Shown: positions 41,603-52,758, counted from the stretch's first letter. The stretch: DNA of 64,000 nt from Trueperaceae bacterium (GCA_965213705.1 OZ243913.1:4000001-4064000), one strand, 5' to 3'. The notes: a model not told the origin generated them from the sequence alone. Program-made: numbers and translations.

Positions 41603-41774
41603 CGGCCGACTGTGCTTTGAGTTCGTCCAAGCTCATCGTCTCACCGTCGCGCCGTTCAGCGATAACAGCCAGGTCGTGTAAGTCCTCGAGCATTTTCTCA
41701 TAAGCGTCGAAAGGCAAAACGACCTTCGTTTTTTTGCCCTTTTCATCCACGATGTATTCGACAGGCTCCGGCAT
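41577..41774 (-). CDS. Antitoxin (RelB/StbD-like, 65 aa)
   Basis: [48 protein letters not shown] overlaps the nuoD stop (TAATG). Confidence 0.85.
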   Translation of the reverse strand: MPEPVEYIVDEKGKKTKVVLPFDAYEKMLEDLHDLAVIAERRDGETMSLDELKAQSADDNVRVED

Positions 41775-43003
41775 TACTTGTCCACGTCCCCCATCACCGG
41801 GTCGAAGCTGGCAATACTCATGACCATGTCGGCGAACATCCCCCCCGTGCAAGACGGCTCCAAGCTTTGCAGATTGATGAGGCTCGGCACGCGCACCTTG
41901 ACGCGGTAGGGCATCGAGCCGCCGTCACTGACAAGGTAATAGCCGAGTTCGCCCCGCGCCGACTCGGTCGGGACATACACCTCGCCGCGCGGCGGGTGAA
42001 AACCTTCGGTGACGAGTTTGAAGTGGAAGATGACCGCTTCCATCGAGGTCTCCAACTCGCTTCTGGGCGGCAACGAAATCCGCCGGTCGGGGTCTTTAAT
42101 CGCACCGGGCTCAAGCTTGTCCAACGCCTGCTCGATAATCTTGAGCGATTCGAACATCTCTTCAAAACGGAGCATAAAGCGCGTGTACACGTCGCCCACA
42201 TCGCTCGTCGGCACGTCGAAGTCGTAGTCTTCGTAACCGCTGTAAGGTTGCGCCTTGCGAAAGTCCAGCCCTACGCCGCTGGCCCGCAAACCCGGCCCGG
42301 TGAGGCCGTACTCGAGGGCGGTCTCCCGGCTCAACACGCCGATGCCCTTGGTTCGCCCGAGAAAAATGTCGTTTTTCGCGAACAGGTCGGCGTACTGGTC
42401 GGCCATTTTGGGAAACATCTTGACAAAGTCCCGAACCGCCGTCTCGAAGCCTTCGGGCACATCTCTCGAGAGCCCGCCGACCCGGAAGTAGCCGTAGTTC
42501 ATCCGCACACCGCAGACCATCTCGAACAGGTCGATAATCCGCTCGCGCTCGCGCATGGTGTAGAAAAACAGCGTCAGCGCACCCATGTCCAGGATGCCGG
42601 TGCCGAAAAAAACGAGGTGTGAGGCGATGCGGTTGAGTTCGTTCAGAATCACCCGAATCCGCTGAGCCCGCACCGGCACCCGCGCGTCCACGAGCTTTTC
42701 GGCGCTGAGGACATAAGCGAGGTCGTGCCCGAAGCCGTGCAGGTAGTCCATCCGGTTCGAGTAGGTTACGCACTGCTGGTAAGTGCGGTTCTCCATCGTC
42801 TTTTCGAAACCCGTGTGCAGGTAGCCGATTTGCGGGATGATGCGGGCGATGCGCTCGCCGTCCAAATCGACGACGAGTCGCAGCACGCCGTGGGTCGAGG
42901 GGTGTTGCGGCCCGACGTTGACGCGCATGTACTGGGTTTCGAAGTCGCCGCCGGTCACCTGCTCGTTGACGCCGGGCATCGCGCCGACATTTTTCATCGT
43001 CAT
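41774..43003 (-). CDS. nuoD: NADH-quinone oxidoreductase subunit D
   Basis: [33 protein letters not shown]. Confidence 0.97.
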   Translation of the reverse strand: MTMKNVGAMPGVNEQVTGGDFETQYMRVNVGPQHPSTHGVLRLVVDLDGERIARIIPQIGYLHTGFEKTMENRTYQQCVTYSNRMDYLHGFGHDLAYVLSAEKLVDARVPVRAQRIRVILNELNRIASHLVFFGTGILDMGALTLFFYTMRERERIIDLFEMVCGVRMNYGYFRVGGLSRDVPEGFETAVRDFVKMFPKMADQYADLFAKNDIFLGRTKGIGVLSRETALEYGLTGPGLRASGVGLDFRKAQPYSGYEDYDFDVPTSDVGDVYTRFMLRFEEMFESLKIIEQALDKLEPGAIKDPDRRISLPPRSELETSMEAVIFHFKLVTEGFHPPRGEVYVPTESARGELGYYLVSDGGSMPYRVKVRVPSLINLQSLEPSCTGGMFADMVMSIASFDPVMGDVDK

Positions 43004-43616
43004 GAGTCGCCTCCTTGGCCGGTCGTGTCACGCGCGACGATGTCCAAACCTTGCTCGCTCCGCACGCCCTTACGCGCTCCGCCGGTAAAGCCGGTCAAGC
43101 CGCCGCTCTGCCCGATAATCCCAGCGCGAAAGGTGGCGGGGTCCAAAAAGCGGTCATCGCCGAACAGCGTCGGCGTTTCGCCAATGGGAAAGTCTTTGCG
43201 TAAGGGGTGGCCGTCCAAGTCCTCGGGCGTGATGAGCTTACGCAGGTCGGGGTGGTTGTCGAACACGACGCCGTACATGTCGTAAACTTCGCGCTCCATA
43301 AACGATGAGCCCTTCCACAGTTCGTAAATCGTCGGCAGCGTCTCGTTTTCGTCCAAATTTACACGGATGAAGATGCGCTCGTTCTGCTCGACGCTGTACA
43401 AGTTATAAGCGACCGTGAAGCGCTTGCCCTGATGACCCGGATATTCCGAATAATCAATCCCAAACACATCCGAAATCATGTCGAACCCGGCCTCTTTGGC
43501 GCTGCGCACGGCCTCGAGCACGTTTTCCTTGCCGACCGTCACGCTGACCATGCCTTTGAACTCGCCGGGTTTGCCCTCGAGGGTTTTGAGGGTATCGGTA
43601 ACTTGTTCGACTAAGC

Positions 43617-43620
<4 letters not shown>
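43000..43620 (-). CDS. nuoC: NADH-quinone oxidoreductase subunit C
   Basis: [16 protein letters not shown]...GHPLRKDFP. Confidence 0.95.
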
Positions 43621-44153
<533 letters not shown>

Positions 44154-44163
44154 GAGAAGGTTG

Positions 44164-44224
44164 TTCGCCCTTCGTCTTTCGTCGTTCGCAAAAGCGAAAA
44201 ACCAAAAACCAAAAACGAAAAACG
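44164..44224. repeat. Heptamer repeats (TTCGTCN)n and (ACNAAAA)n
   Basis: Seen directly between nuoA and nuoB. Confidence 0.7.
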
Positions 44225-44226
44225 TC

Positions 44227-44583
44227 TCACCTCCAATTCAACACGCCTTTTTTCAGGATGTACAGGTAGCCGATAGCGAGGACAGTGGCGAAGATAATCG
44301 CCTGGACGAACAAAAACTCCGGCGCGGCCTTGAACTTTACAGCCAGTGGGTAAAAGAAAGCCGTCTCGATGTCGAAGATGATAAAAAGCATGGCGACGAG
44401 GTAAAAATGCACCGGGAAACGTTCGCGCGCCGTGCCCGAGGCGGGGACGCCCGACTCGTAAGCGGCCAACTTCGTTTCGCTCGCCTTTTTGGGACCGAGC
44501 AGGCCGCCGACCGCCAGCGCCGCCGCGCCGATAAAGCCGGCGGCTAAAAACATAATTAGGACGTTGGTGTAGTCACCTTCCAA
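44227..44583 (-). CDS. nuoA: NADH-quinone oxidoreductase subunit A
   Basis: YESG...[19 protein letters not shown]. Confidence 0.96.
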   Translation of the reverse strand: MEGDYTNVLIMFLAAGFIGAAALAVGGLLGPKKASETKLAAYESGVPASGTARERFPVHFYLVAMLFIIFDIETAFFYPLAVKFKAAPEFLFVQAIIFATVLAIGYLYILKKGVLNWR

Positions 44584-44644
44584 GAGCGCTTCTCCTCTCG
44601 ACCGTACTGTGAACTTTCAACTTACGTCATGACCCCACAACGAC

Positions 44645-44705
44645 TTGTGCGGCTTTTCACAGCTCTGACTCCAGTAGAATAGCACTTTGAGAAACGGCTG
44701 AACAA
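44645..44705 (-). promoter_or_regulatory. nuo promoter with a putative Rex operator
   Basis: TTGTTC-18-TATTCT on the minus strand; TTGTGCGGCTTTTCACAG at 44645-44662 resembles TTGTGAA-N4-TTCACAA. Confidence 0.5.
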
Positions 44706-44799
44706 GGGGTTGAGAACACCGTTGGGGAGCCCGCCCAGGGCGTTTGGGGGCAGCGCCTCTTCGGTAGCTAAATTTCCGCCCGCACGGTAGGCTTGAGGC

Positions 44800-45552
44800 A
44801 TGAAACGCGACGAGCTTGTGACTTGGCTGGACAATTATTTGGCGATTCACGACTACGACGACCCCTCCCTGAACGGGTTGCAAATAGAGGGCCGGGACGA
44901 GGTGAGCAAAGTCGCCGTCGCCGTCGACAGCAGCGTCACGACCTTCGAGCAGGCTTCGCTGACGGGCGCGGACATGCTGATTGTCCACCACGGCCTGTTT
45001 TGGGGCAAGCCGCTCGCGGTGACGGGGATGCACAAACGGCGTGTGGCGTACTTGCTCGAGCATGAAATAAGCCTGTACGCCGCCCACATCCCGCTCGACG
45101 CCCACCGCGAGGTCGGCAACAACTGGGGCCTGGCGCGGATTTTGGGCATGAGCGACCTGGAAGACTTCGGCACCTGGAAGGGCAAACCCATCGGCGTGAA
45201 GGGGACGTTTCCGAACAAGCTGAGCTTGCGCGACCTGGCCGACCTTTTAGAAAAAGAACTCGGCGAGGCGGTGCTCGTTCATGCGGGCGGCGAGCTTGAA
45301 ATCGGCAGCCTCGGAATTATCAGCGGCGGCGCGGCCTGGGACGTGGTGACGGCGGCGAACGAGAGCTTGGACGCCTTTCTGACCGGCGAACCCAAACACG
45401 AGGTTTTTTACGAGGCGTTCGAGCGCGGCGTCAACGCCCTGTACGCCGGGCACTACATGACCGAAACGGTCGGGGTGAACCTGCTCGCCGACAAGCTCCG
45501 CGACGAGTTCGGGCTGGCGACGGAGTTTATTTTGTTGCCGACGGGGTTGTGA
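44800..45552 (+). CDS. Nif3/YbgI-like dinuclear metal protein
   Basis: NGLQIEG, VHHGLFW, HIPLDAH, GHYMTE. Confidence 0.93.
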   Translation: MKRDELVTWLDNYLAIHDYDDPSLNGLQIEGRDEVSKVAVAVDSSVTTFEQASLTGADMLIVHHGLFWGKPLAVTGMHKRRVAYLLEHEISLYAAHIPLDAHREVGNNWGLARILGMSDLEDFGTWKGKPIGVKGTFPNKLSLRDLADLLEKELGEAVLVHAGGELEIGSLGIISGGAAWDVVTAANESLDAFLTGEPKHEVFYEAFERGVNALYAGHYMTETVGVNLLADKLRDEFGLATEFILLPTGL

Positions 45553-45675
45553 CCCCCCTGAATGGCGCTTCGCTAATTCGGTCCCCCCTGAAAGGGGGGA
45601 TTGTAGGCTGGCGAACCGCCCCCAGCCCCCCTTCTTCAGGGGGGCCGCTCGAGCGCAGCGCTGAGCGGGGGGGTT
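45551..45675. repeat. REP-like doublet related to 39229-39343
   Basis: GACCCCCC...TCCCCCCTGAAAGGGGGGA...CCCCCCTTCTTCAGGGGGG...GGGGGGGTT. Confidence 0.7.
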
Positions 45676-46302
45676 ATGCCTAACGGCTTCTTCATCGTCT
45701 TCGAGGGCCCCGAGGGCGCAGGCAAGACGACGCAAATCGCGCGACTCGCCGCGCAACTGCGCGCGCACGGTGTCGAGCCCGTCCTGACCCGCGAGCCCGG
45801 CGGCACCAGGGCGGCGGACGCGATTCGGCAGGTCATCCTCGAGCCCACCCTCACTATCAACCCGCTCACAGAGTTTTTGCTCTACTCGGCAAGTCGGGCG
45901 CAGCACGTGGAAGAGGTCATCCGGCCCGCCCTCGAGCGTGGCAAACTCGTCATCAGCGACCGCTTTTTCGGGGCGTCGGTGGCGTACCAGGGCTACGGGC
46001 GCGGGCTCGAGCTGGACTTTGTCTATAGCCTTACGAAGCGCGTGACGGGCGGCTTGCAGTCCGACCTCGTGCTGCTCCTCGACTTGGACCCCGAGGTCGG
46101 CCTAAAACGCGTCGCCGCGCGGGGGTTCAAGGACCGGCTCGAGCTGGCCGACTTGGCGTTTCACCGCCGGGTGCGGGCGGGGTTTTTGAGGCAGGCTGAA
46201 GAAAATCCGCGTTGGACGGTTTTCGACGCCGCGCAGGGTGAGGACGCGTTGGCTCGAGACGTCTGGGCGACCGTGGAAGCCCACCTGAAACCGGTAGAGT
46301 AG
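45676..46302 (+). CDS. tmk: Thymidylate kinase
   Basis: FEGPEGAGKTTQ, TREPGGT, SDRF..ASVAYQG. Confidence 0.96.
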   Translation: MPNGFFIVFEGPEGAGKTTQIARLAAQLRAHGVEPVLTREPGGTRAADAIRQVILEPTLTINPLTEFLLYSASRAQHVEEVIRPALERGKLVISDRFFGASVAYQGYGRGLELDFVYSLTKRVTGGLQSDLVLLLDLDPEVGLKRVAARGFKDRLELADLAFHRRVRAGFLRQAEENPRWTVFDAAQGEDALARDVWATVEAHLKPVE

Positions 46303-46307
46303 GCGCT

Positions 46308-47072
46308 ATGTTCAAGGGTTTTGTCGCCGTTTTCTTCGTTATGCTGCTCGGCCTGGCGAGTTGTCAGGGCACCGCCACCCGCCAAGTTCCCAAAGTCCTC
46401 AACACTTACCCGCACGACGCGGGCGCTTTTACCCAGGGTTTGCTGCTGCATGACGGCGACCTCTACGAGAGCACCGGCTTGTTCGGCGAGTCTTCGCTGC
46501 GCGAGGTGGACTTGGAGACGGGCGAGGTCGTCCGCGAGCTGCCGATAGCGAGCGAGTATTTTGCCGAGGGTTTGGCGCTGGTCGGCGACAAGCTCGTGCA
46601 ACTGACCTGGCAAAACGGCCGCGCCTTTGTTTATGACCTCGAGACCTTCAACCAGGAGGGCCGCTTCTCCTACGAGACCGAGGGCTGGGGCCTGTGCTTT
46701 GATGGCGAAGACCTCTACATGTCGGACGGCAGCGCGACGCTGTTTGAGCGCGACGCGGAGACGTTTGAGATTGTGAGCGAAAAGCAGGTCAAGCTCGGCG
46801 GCGAGCCGGTGACGCAACTGAACGAACTCGAGTGTGTGGGCGATTTTGTGTACGCCAACGTGTGGCAGACCGACCGAATTGTCAAAATAGACAAAGAGAG
46901 CGGCCGCGTGGTGAGCGACATCGACGCGTCCGCCCTATTTCCCGCCGCCGAGCGCCCCGCCGACCCGAACGCGGTTCTCAACGGCATCGCTTACAACCCG
47001 GACACGGACACGTTTTACCTGACGGGCAAACTCTGGCCCAGGCTGTTCGAGGTGCGCTTTGTCGACAACTGA
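46308..47072 (+). CDS. Glutaminyl-peptide cyclotransferase (lipoprotein-like)
   Basis: PHD..AFTQGL, ESTG, FAEGL, EGWG, LNELE, VLNGIA, TGKLW. Confidence 0.93.
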   Translation: MFKGFVAVFFVMLLGLASCQGTATRQVPKVLNTYPHDAGAFTQGLLLHDGDLYESTGLFGESSLREVDLETGEVVRELPIASEYFAEGLALVGDKLVQLTWQNGRAFVYDLETFNQEGRFSYETEGWGLCFDGEDLYMSDGSATLFERDAETFEIVSEKQVKLGGEPVTQLNELECVGDFVYANVWQTDRIVKIDKESGRVVSDIDASALFPAAERPADPNAVLNGIAYNPDTDTFYLTGKLWPRLFEVRFVDN

Positions 47073-47136
47073 GCCGTCGATGACTGAGCCGTCGATGACT
47101 GAACCCGTAACCGACCGCCCCCCGGTGTAACGCCCG

Positions 47137-48096
47137 GTGCCGACCGACCTCGTTTGGTGGTTTTTGCTCGTCGTCGCCGTGTTCGCGGCGCACTGGGGGG
47201 CGGACAACATCGCCAAACCCCTGCAAAAACTCCGCAACCGCTTCGGGCTTTCAGCGGCGGCGGGCGGCGCGTTCATCGCGCTGGCGACCGCCAGCCCCGA
47301 AATCGGCACGAACACCGTGAGCGCCCTGCGCGGGCTCTCAGACATCGGTTTGGGCAACCTGCTCGGCTCGAACATCGTTTCGGTGCCGGTCATCGTGGTG
47401 ACGGCTTACCTGGCGACGCGCTCGCAACGCGACAAGCCGAGGTTGGAAGTCGAGTCTGGGACGAACCGCGTGCAGGCGCTGCCCTACCTCGCCGTCATCG
47501 GACTGGTGGCGCTTTTGACCTTGCCCGCGCCCTGGCGCGGGCTGCAACCTGTGGACGCGTTCATCATGCTGGCCGCGTACGTTCTTTACTTTGTCAACGC
47601 CCTTTTCAGGGGCCGCACCGAGGGCGAGGAAGTCGAATGGAGCACCCGCGAAAGCCTGTTGGCCGCGGCGGGCGCGGCCTCGCTTGTTTTGGGCGCTTAC
47701 CTCACCGTGTTCGCTACCGAGCGGATTGTGGAGAGTCTGGGCATCTCGCAAATCGTCGGGGGGCTGTTTATCACGGCTACTTTGAGCGTCGCGCCCGAAG
47801 TTTTCGCCACCTGGAGCGTCGCCAAGAGCGGTCAGATAACCTCGGCCACGACGAGCGTGATTGCGGACAACACGGCAACGATGACGCTCGCCTTTTTTCC
47901 GCTGGCGCTCGCCGTCACGCCCATCGACGACCTCGGTTTGTACGTGTTCAACCTGGCGTTCGTCGCCCTGTTCGCAGCCCTTTACGCTTTTTTCGTGTGG
48001 CGGGGACGCGGCCACGCCTTTTCGCTGGGCGAAATTGGTGCACTGGTCGCCGTCTACGGGGTTTACCTCGTCGCGGTCATAGGCTTTGTGCTGTGA
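47137..48096 (+). CDS. Sodium:calcium exchanger family protein
   Basis: ATASPE..GNLLGSN and a second alpha repeat SVAPE. Confidence 0.88.
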   Translation: MPTDLVWWFLLVVAVFAAHWGADNIAKPLQKLRNRFGLSAAAGGAFIALATASPEIGTNTVSALRGLSDIGLGNLLGSNIVSVPVIVVTAYLATRSQRDKPRLEVESGTNRVQALPYLAVIGLVALLTLPAPWRGLQPVDAFIMLAAYVLYFVNALFRGRTEGEEVEWSTRESLLAAAGAASLVLGAYLTVFATERIVESLGISQIVGGLFITATLSVAPEVFATWSVAKSGQITSATTSVIADNTATMTLAFFPLALAVTPIDDLGLYVFNLAFVALFAALYAFFVWRGRGHAFSLGEIGALVAVYGVYLVAVIGFVL

Positions 48097-48123
48097 CCGT
48101 GTTTGCAGGAGAGGCAGTGCAAC

Positions 48124-48465
48124 CTAGTCTTTGCTCGAGCCCTTCGCTTCACTTTTCTTCTCAGGCTTGGCCTCGGTTTTGGGCTCGGCTTTAGTTTCCG
48201 ACTTGGTCTCGCTTTTCGCGTCAGATTTCGCCTCGCCCTTGTCGGCCTTGGCGTCGCCGTCATTCTTAGGCTTGCTGGTGCTTTCGGACTTTCTCGAGTC
48301 GGTCACGTAAAAGCCCGACCCCTTGAAAGAGATGCCGACCGGCTGAACGAGGCGCTTGACGGGGTCGCCGGTTTGGGGGTGTTCGGTTAGCGCGGACTCG
48401 CTGATGCGCTGCGCGAGTTCGAAAGTCTCACCCGTGTTCAGGTTTCTGTAGACGTAAACAGGCAT
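48124..48465 (-). CDS. FmdB-family ribbon protein (Cys-less) with a low-complexity tail
   Basis: MPVYVY...GETFE...VKRL...FKGSGFYVTD. Confidence 0.88.
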   Translation of the reverse strand: MPVYVYRNLNTGETFELAQRISESALTEHPQTGDPVKRLVQPVGISFKGSGFYVTDSRKSESTSKPKNDGDAKADKGEAKSDAKSETKSETKAEPKTEAKPEKKSEAKGSSKD

Positions 48466-48586
48466 GGTAAAGGGTTCCTCCAACTTGCGGCGGGGCCGCA
48501 GACCTCAACACAACAGACTTCAGCACAACAGACTTCAACACAACAAACTTCAGTATCCAAGTTTACAGGCTTGTTAGGCTGGGGGT

Positions 48587-49591
48587 GTGACGCAAGCTTC
48601 ACAGGATGTTTCCAGCAGCAAGCTCGCCGTGCTCGGCGCGGGCGCGTGGGGCACGGTGCTGGCGGGTCTGCTCGCCGAAAACGGTCACCGGGTGCGGCTG
48701 TGGGCGCGGCGCGAAGCACTGGCGCTGAGCATCAACGCCACACATGAAAATCACGACTACGTGCCGGGGCTGAAGCTGCCCGCCACGGTTCGGGCGACCT
48801 CCAGTTTGACCGAAGCCGTGCGCGGCGTCGCAGCCGCCGTCGTCGCCGTGCCGAGTAAGGGCTTGCGCGAGGTGTTGGCCGAGCTGCCCACGGTGCCCGC
48901 TTTCATCTCGGCGAGCAAGGGTTTGGAACCCGGCAGCTTAAAGCGTTTCAGCCAAATCATCGCGGAGTATCAGCCGGGGGCCGTGTTGGCGGCGCTCTCG
49001 GGGCCGAACCTGGCGAAGGAAATCGCCGCGGGCAAGCCTGCCGCGGCGACCCTGGCCTCGTCGGACGAACACTTTGCGGCCACGGCGCAACGCTGGTTCA
49101 ACGGGCCAACCTTCCGCGTTTACACGAGTTCCGACCTCGTCGGCGTCGAAACGGCCGGGGCGATGAAAAACGTCGTCGCCCTCGCCGCCGGGCTGTGCGA
49201 CGGCCTGGGCTTGGGCGACAACGCCAAAGCGAGCATCATCACGCGCGGCCTCGCCGAAATCGTCCGGCTCGGCACGCGTTTGGGCGGCGAAGCCGGAACC
49301 TTTTACGGCCTGGCGGGCCTGGGCGACGTGATAGCGACCTGCTCGAGCCCGGACTCCCGCAACCACAGCGCCGGGGTGCGCTTGGCGCGGGGCGAAACTT
49401 TGGGCGACCTCCGGGCGACTTCTCTCAACGCCGAAGGTATCCCGACCGTCAAAGCCGTCTACGAGTACGCCGCCGAACACGCGCTCGAGCTGCCCATCTG
49501 CACCGAGGTCTACCGGGTCGTCTACGAGCAAAAACCCGCTGCAGCCGCGCTGCGCGACCTCATGAGCCGGGACGCGAAGCGGGAAAGTTGA
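48587..49591 (+). CDS. gpsA: NAD(P)H-dependent glycerol-3-phosphate dehydrogenase
   Basis: GAGAWGT, SKGLE, SGPNLA, KNVVA, GLAGLGDV.ATC...SRN. Confidence 0.96.
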   Translation: MTQASQDVSSSKLAVLGAGAWGTVLAGLLAENGHRVRLWARREALALSINATHENHDYVPGLKLPATVRATSSLTEAVRGVAAAVVAVPSKGLREVLAELPTVPAFISASKGLEPGSLKRFSQIIAEYQPGAVLAALSGPNLAKEIAAGKPAAATLASSDEHFAATAQRWFNGPTFRVYTSSDLVGVETAGAMKNVVALAAGLCDGLGLGDNAKASIITRGLAEIVRLGTRLGGEAGTFYGLAGLGDVIATCSSPDSRNHSAGVRLARGETLGDLRATSLNAEGIPTVKAVYEYAAEHALELPICTEVYRVVYEQKPAAAALRDLMSRDAKRES

Positions 49592-49711
49592 TACCCTTCC
49601 TGTTTTGTTCCGAGGAAGTCAAACACGAGCAGAGCAAAAAACGCGGGTTCCAACAAGAAAGCGCAAGACTTCTCCAAGGTTTACGAACTGCAGTAGCGGA
49701 AGCCGTACGAC

Positions 49712-51424
49712 CTACTCCTCACAGGCTTTTTGGTCGTCGTAACTCACGCTGACGCCTCGAGCCTCCAGGGTTTGAATCACGCGTAAAGCGTCGCTGCCGT
49801 TTGAAACGTCCAGACAGTTCTCTTTGGCGCTCACGGCGCGCAAACTGCTCAGCGCCAAAAGCGGGCTGAGGTCGCTGAGGTCGTTGCCGCTCAGCGTCAC
49901 ACTTTGCAGGCTCGGCATGTCGGCCAGCGGCGACACGTCGGTGAGGGCGTTGTCGGACAAACCCAGGGTCTCCAGAACCGGCAGCGCCGTGAGCGGCGCG
50001 ACGTCGGTAACTTCGTTGCGCGTCAGGCTGAGGTCGGTCAAGGCGGTCAAACTCGCCAGCGGGGTCACGTCGCTGACGCCGGCGCGGTCGAGTTGCAACT
50101 CCTGCAAACCGGGAAACCGCGCCAGCTCGCCCAAGTCCTCGAGCTGCGTCGAACTCAGGTTGAGGCGGGTCAAACCCGTCAAGCCGTAGAGCGGGCTCAA
50201 ACTCGTCAGGGCGGCGCCGGACAGGTCGAGCCGGGTGAGCACGCTCAGGTTTTGCAGGGCTGAAAAGTCTTCGACCGGGTTGCCGCCCAAAGACAAACGC
50301 TCGAGGCCTGCAAGCGAAGCCAACGGCGTCACGTCGGCGACCTCGTTGCGCGACACGTCGAGTTGCGTCAGGTTTTGTAGGCTCAAGAGGGACGCAACGT
50401 CAGTGACGGCGTTGCGCGCGAGCGAAAGGTTGACGAGTTTGGTGAGACCCGCCAACGGCGCGACGCTCGCAAGCTCGTTGCGGTCCAGATTCAACGTGTC
50501 GAGTGCGGTCAAACTCGCCAGCGGGGTCACGTCGGCAATCGCGTTGCGCTCCAAAAACAGGTCGGTCAGGGCGCCCAAACCGGCCAGCGGCGTCACGTCG
50601 GAAACTTGGTTGCGTCCCGCGTCCAGCTTGCGCAGCTTGGCGAGGTTGGCGAGCGGGCTCAAACTCACCACCTGGTTGTTCTCGATGTAAAGCTCGCTCA
50701 GGTTGCGCAGGTTGGCGAGCGGCCCCACGCTGACGACCGCGTTGCGGCCCAAGTCCAGGTACTCCAGGCTGGTGAGTCCGGCGAGCGGCAACAGGTCGCT
50801 GACGTTGTTCCGGTCCAGCCGCAACCGCGTCAGACCCGTCAGGTTGAAGAGCGGGCTCAAGTCGCTGATTTGGTTGCTCTCCAGCTCGAGCCCCTCCAGG
50901 GCGTTCAAGCCGGACACAAAACCGACGTCGCTCAGCTCCATGTTGCCCAGCGTCAGGGTTTTGAGGTCGGTCAAAGCGTTCAAGGGGCTGAAGTCCTGGA
51001 CCGGGTTGCCGTCCAGGGCGACGCTCCGCACCTGAGGCATCTGCGCGAGCGGGCCGATGTTTGCAAGGTCGTTGTTCTCCAAGCGCAGGTCGGTCAGCCG
51101 CTCCAGTCCCACCAGCGGCGACAGGTCGCTGACCGCGTGGCCCCTGACGCTGAGTTGGCTGAGGCGTTCGGCCCCGGACAGGTCTTCTAAACTCCGCACG
51201 GTGCCGAGGTCGGTGCTGACGTTCAAGCGCTGCAAAAGCGACAACGCCCGGCAGGTCACGGGGGCGTCGCTGTCCAACTCCGACTTTACAGCCGCCTCGA
51301 CCACAGGGTCGGCAAAAACGACCCGCGCGTTCGGGTTGCTGCACTCGGCGCTGTTCGTCAACCGCGGCGCGCAGGCGCTCAGCGCGAGCAAGCCGACGCA
51401 ACTCAACCTCAGCAGGTTTTTCAT
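49712..51424 (-). CDS. Internalin-like leucine-rich repeat lipoprotein
   Basis: Lipobox LSAC; about 20 22-aa repeats LxxLxLxxNxIxDLxPLxxLxx. Confidence 0.92.
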   Translation of the reverse strand: MKNLLRLSCVGLLALSACAPRLTNSAECSNPNARVVFADPVVEAAVKSELDSDAPVTCRALSLLQRLNVSTDLGTVRSLEDLSGAERLSQLSVRGHAVSDLSPLVGLERLTDLRLENNDLANIGPLAQMPQVRSVALDGNPVQDFSPLNALTDLKTLTLGNMELSDVGFVSGLNALEGLELESNQISDLSPLFNLTGLTRLRLDRNNVSDLLPLAGLTSLEYLDLGRNAVVSVGPLANLRNLSELYIENNQVVSLSPLANLAKLRKLDAGRNQVSDVTPLAGLGALTDLFLERNAIADVTPLASLTALDTLNLDRNELASVAPLAGLTKLVNLSLARNAVTDVASLLSLQNLTQLDVSRNEVADVTPLASLAGLERLSLGGNPVEDFSALQNLSVLTRLDLSGAALTSLSPLYGLTGLTRLNLSSTQLEDLGELARFPGLQELQLDRAGVSDVTPLASLTALTDLSLTRNEVTDVAPLTALPVLETLGLSDNALTDVSPLADMPSLQSVTLSGNDLSDLSPLLALSSLRAVSAKENCLDVSNGSDALRVIQTLEARGVSVSYDDQKACEE

Positions 51425-51846
51425 GTCCAACTTCCTTTCAAACGTTAGGGCTTTTCCGGGGAACCTTCACACGACGTTCCAAAGTGTAACGGGCCGGTCA
51501 CGCTCCCGTGTGTGAGGAGTTTCGAATCTAAAGGTTTGCTGAAGCAGTTTGGAGTCTTTGTAATCTTTGCGAGAATAATCTTCGTGAGAGGTCGCCTCGG
51601 CAGTGGTTTGAGGCGCTGGGGCTTTGAGGCGTTGAAGTTTTGAGGCGCTGGGGTTCTGATTGGGCGGTGTTTGAGTCGGTAGCGTTCTCGAGAGGAGACA
51701 GCCTCGAGCCCGGTCGTTCCAATCAAATTCCCGCCCCACGGGTGACGACCGAAACCGGCGTGCGAGCGGCGCTACCGGCTCACACACCCCGGCTCCCCCT
51801 TTAGGCTGACGCGGGCGAACGCGGCGGCTCCGGTAAGATGAGGAGT

Positions 51847-52758
51847 ATGCCAGCCATCGCCGCCACAAACCTCAGCAAGCGCTACGGCCGCGCCAAGGCC
51901 GTCGACGACCTCAGCTTCACGATTGAACAAGGTGAAATCGTCGGCTTTCTCGGTCCCAACGGGGCGGGCAAAACGACGACCCTGCGGATGCTCGCCGGGT
52001 TGATTCGCCCGACGAGCGGCAGCAGCCAGGTTTTGGGCCGCAAGGTGCCGAGCCAGCAACTCCTGAACGTCGGCACGATGATTGAAGAGCCCGCCTTTTA
52101 CCCGTACATGACGGGCCGCGCCAACCTCCGGCATGCCGGGCTGCTCCACGGCGGCGTGGCTGAAGCGCGCATCGACGAGATTTTGAGTTTCGTCAGCATG
52201 GACCAGGCCGCCGACAAACGCGTTTCGGCCTACTCGCAGGGGATGCGGCAGCGTTTGGGCTTGGCTCGAGCCCTCCTGTGGAACCCCAAGGTGCTGCTCC
52301 TCGACGAGCCCACCAACGGCCTCGACCCGGTCGGCATCGCCGAGATTCGTGAAAATCTACGCTCAATCGCGCAGCAGGGCGTGACGATTCTCATTTCGTC
52401 GCACATCCTCGCGGAAATCGAGAAACTGGTCGAGCGCATCTTGGCCGTCGAGAAGGGAAAACTCTTGTTCGACGGCCCGTTGCGGCAGCTTGTCATGCAC
52501 ATGGAAGAGGCGGCGGTGGTGTACGTGCTCGAGGCCGTCAGTCAAGAAGCGCTTACAAGCGCCCTGCAGTCTTTCGGCTACGCCCCGCAGACCCTCGACG
52601 CGGCGCGCGTCCGCGTCGGCGTGCCCGTTGACGACGTACCCGGCCTGTTGAAGCGGCTCGTCGACGCCGACGTCGAGGTGTTGGAAGCGCGGCGCGACAC
52701 GGACAACTTAGAAGGCGCTTACCTGCGCCTCTTGAAAGAAGACGGGAGGCCGTCGTGA
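51847..52758 (+). CDS. ABC transporter ATP-binding protein
   Basis: GPNGAGKTT, YSQGMRQR, LLDEP, SSH. Confidence 0.95.
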   Translation: MPAIAATNLSKRYGRAKAVDDLSFTIEQGEIVGFLGPNGAGKTTTLRMLAGLIRPTSGSSQVLGRKVPSQQLLNVGTMIEEPAFYPYMTGRANLRHAGLLHGGVAEARIDEILSFVSMDQAADKRVSAYSQGMRQRLGLARALLWNPKVLLLDEPTNGLDPVGIAEIRENLRSIAQQGVTILISSHILAEIEKLVERILAVEKGKLLFDGPLRQLVMHMEEAAVVYVLEAVSQEALTSALQSFGYAPQTLDAARVRVGVPVDDVPGLLKRLVDADVEVLEARRDTDNLEGAYLRLLKEDGRPS

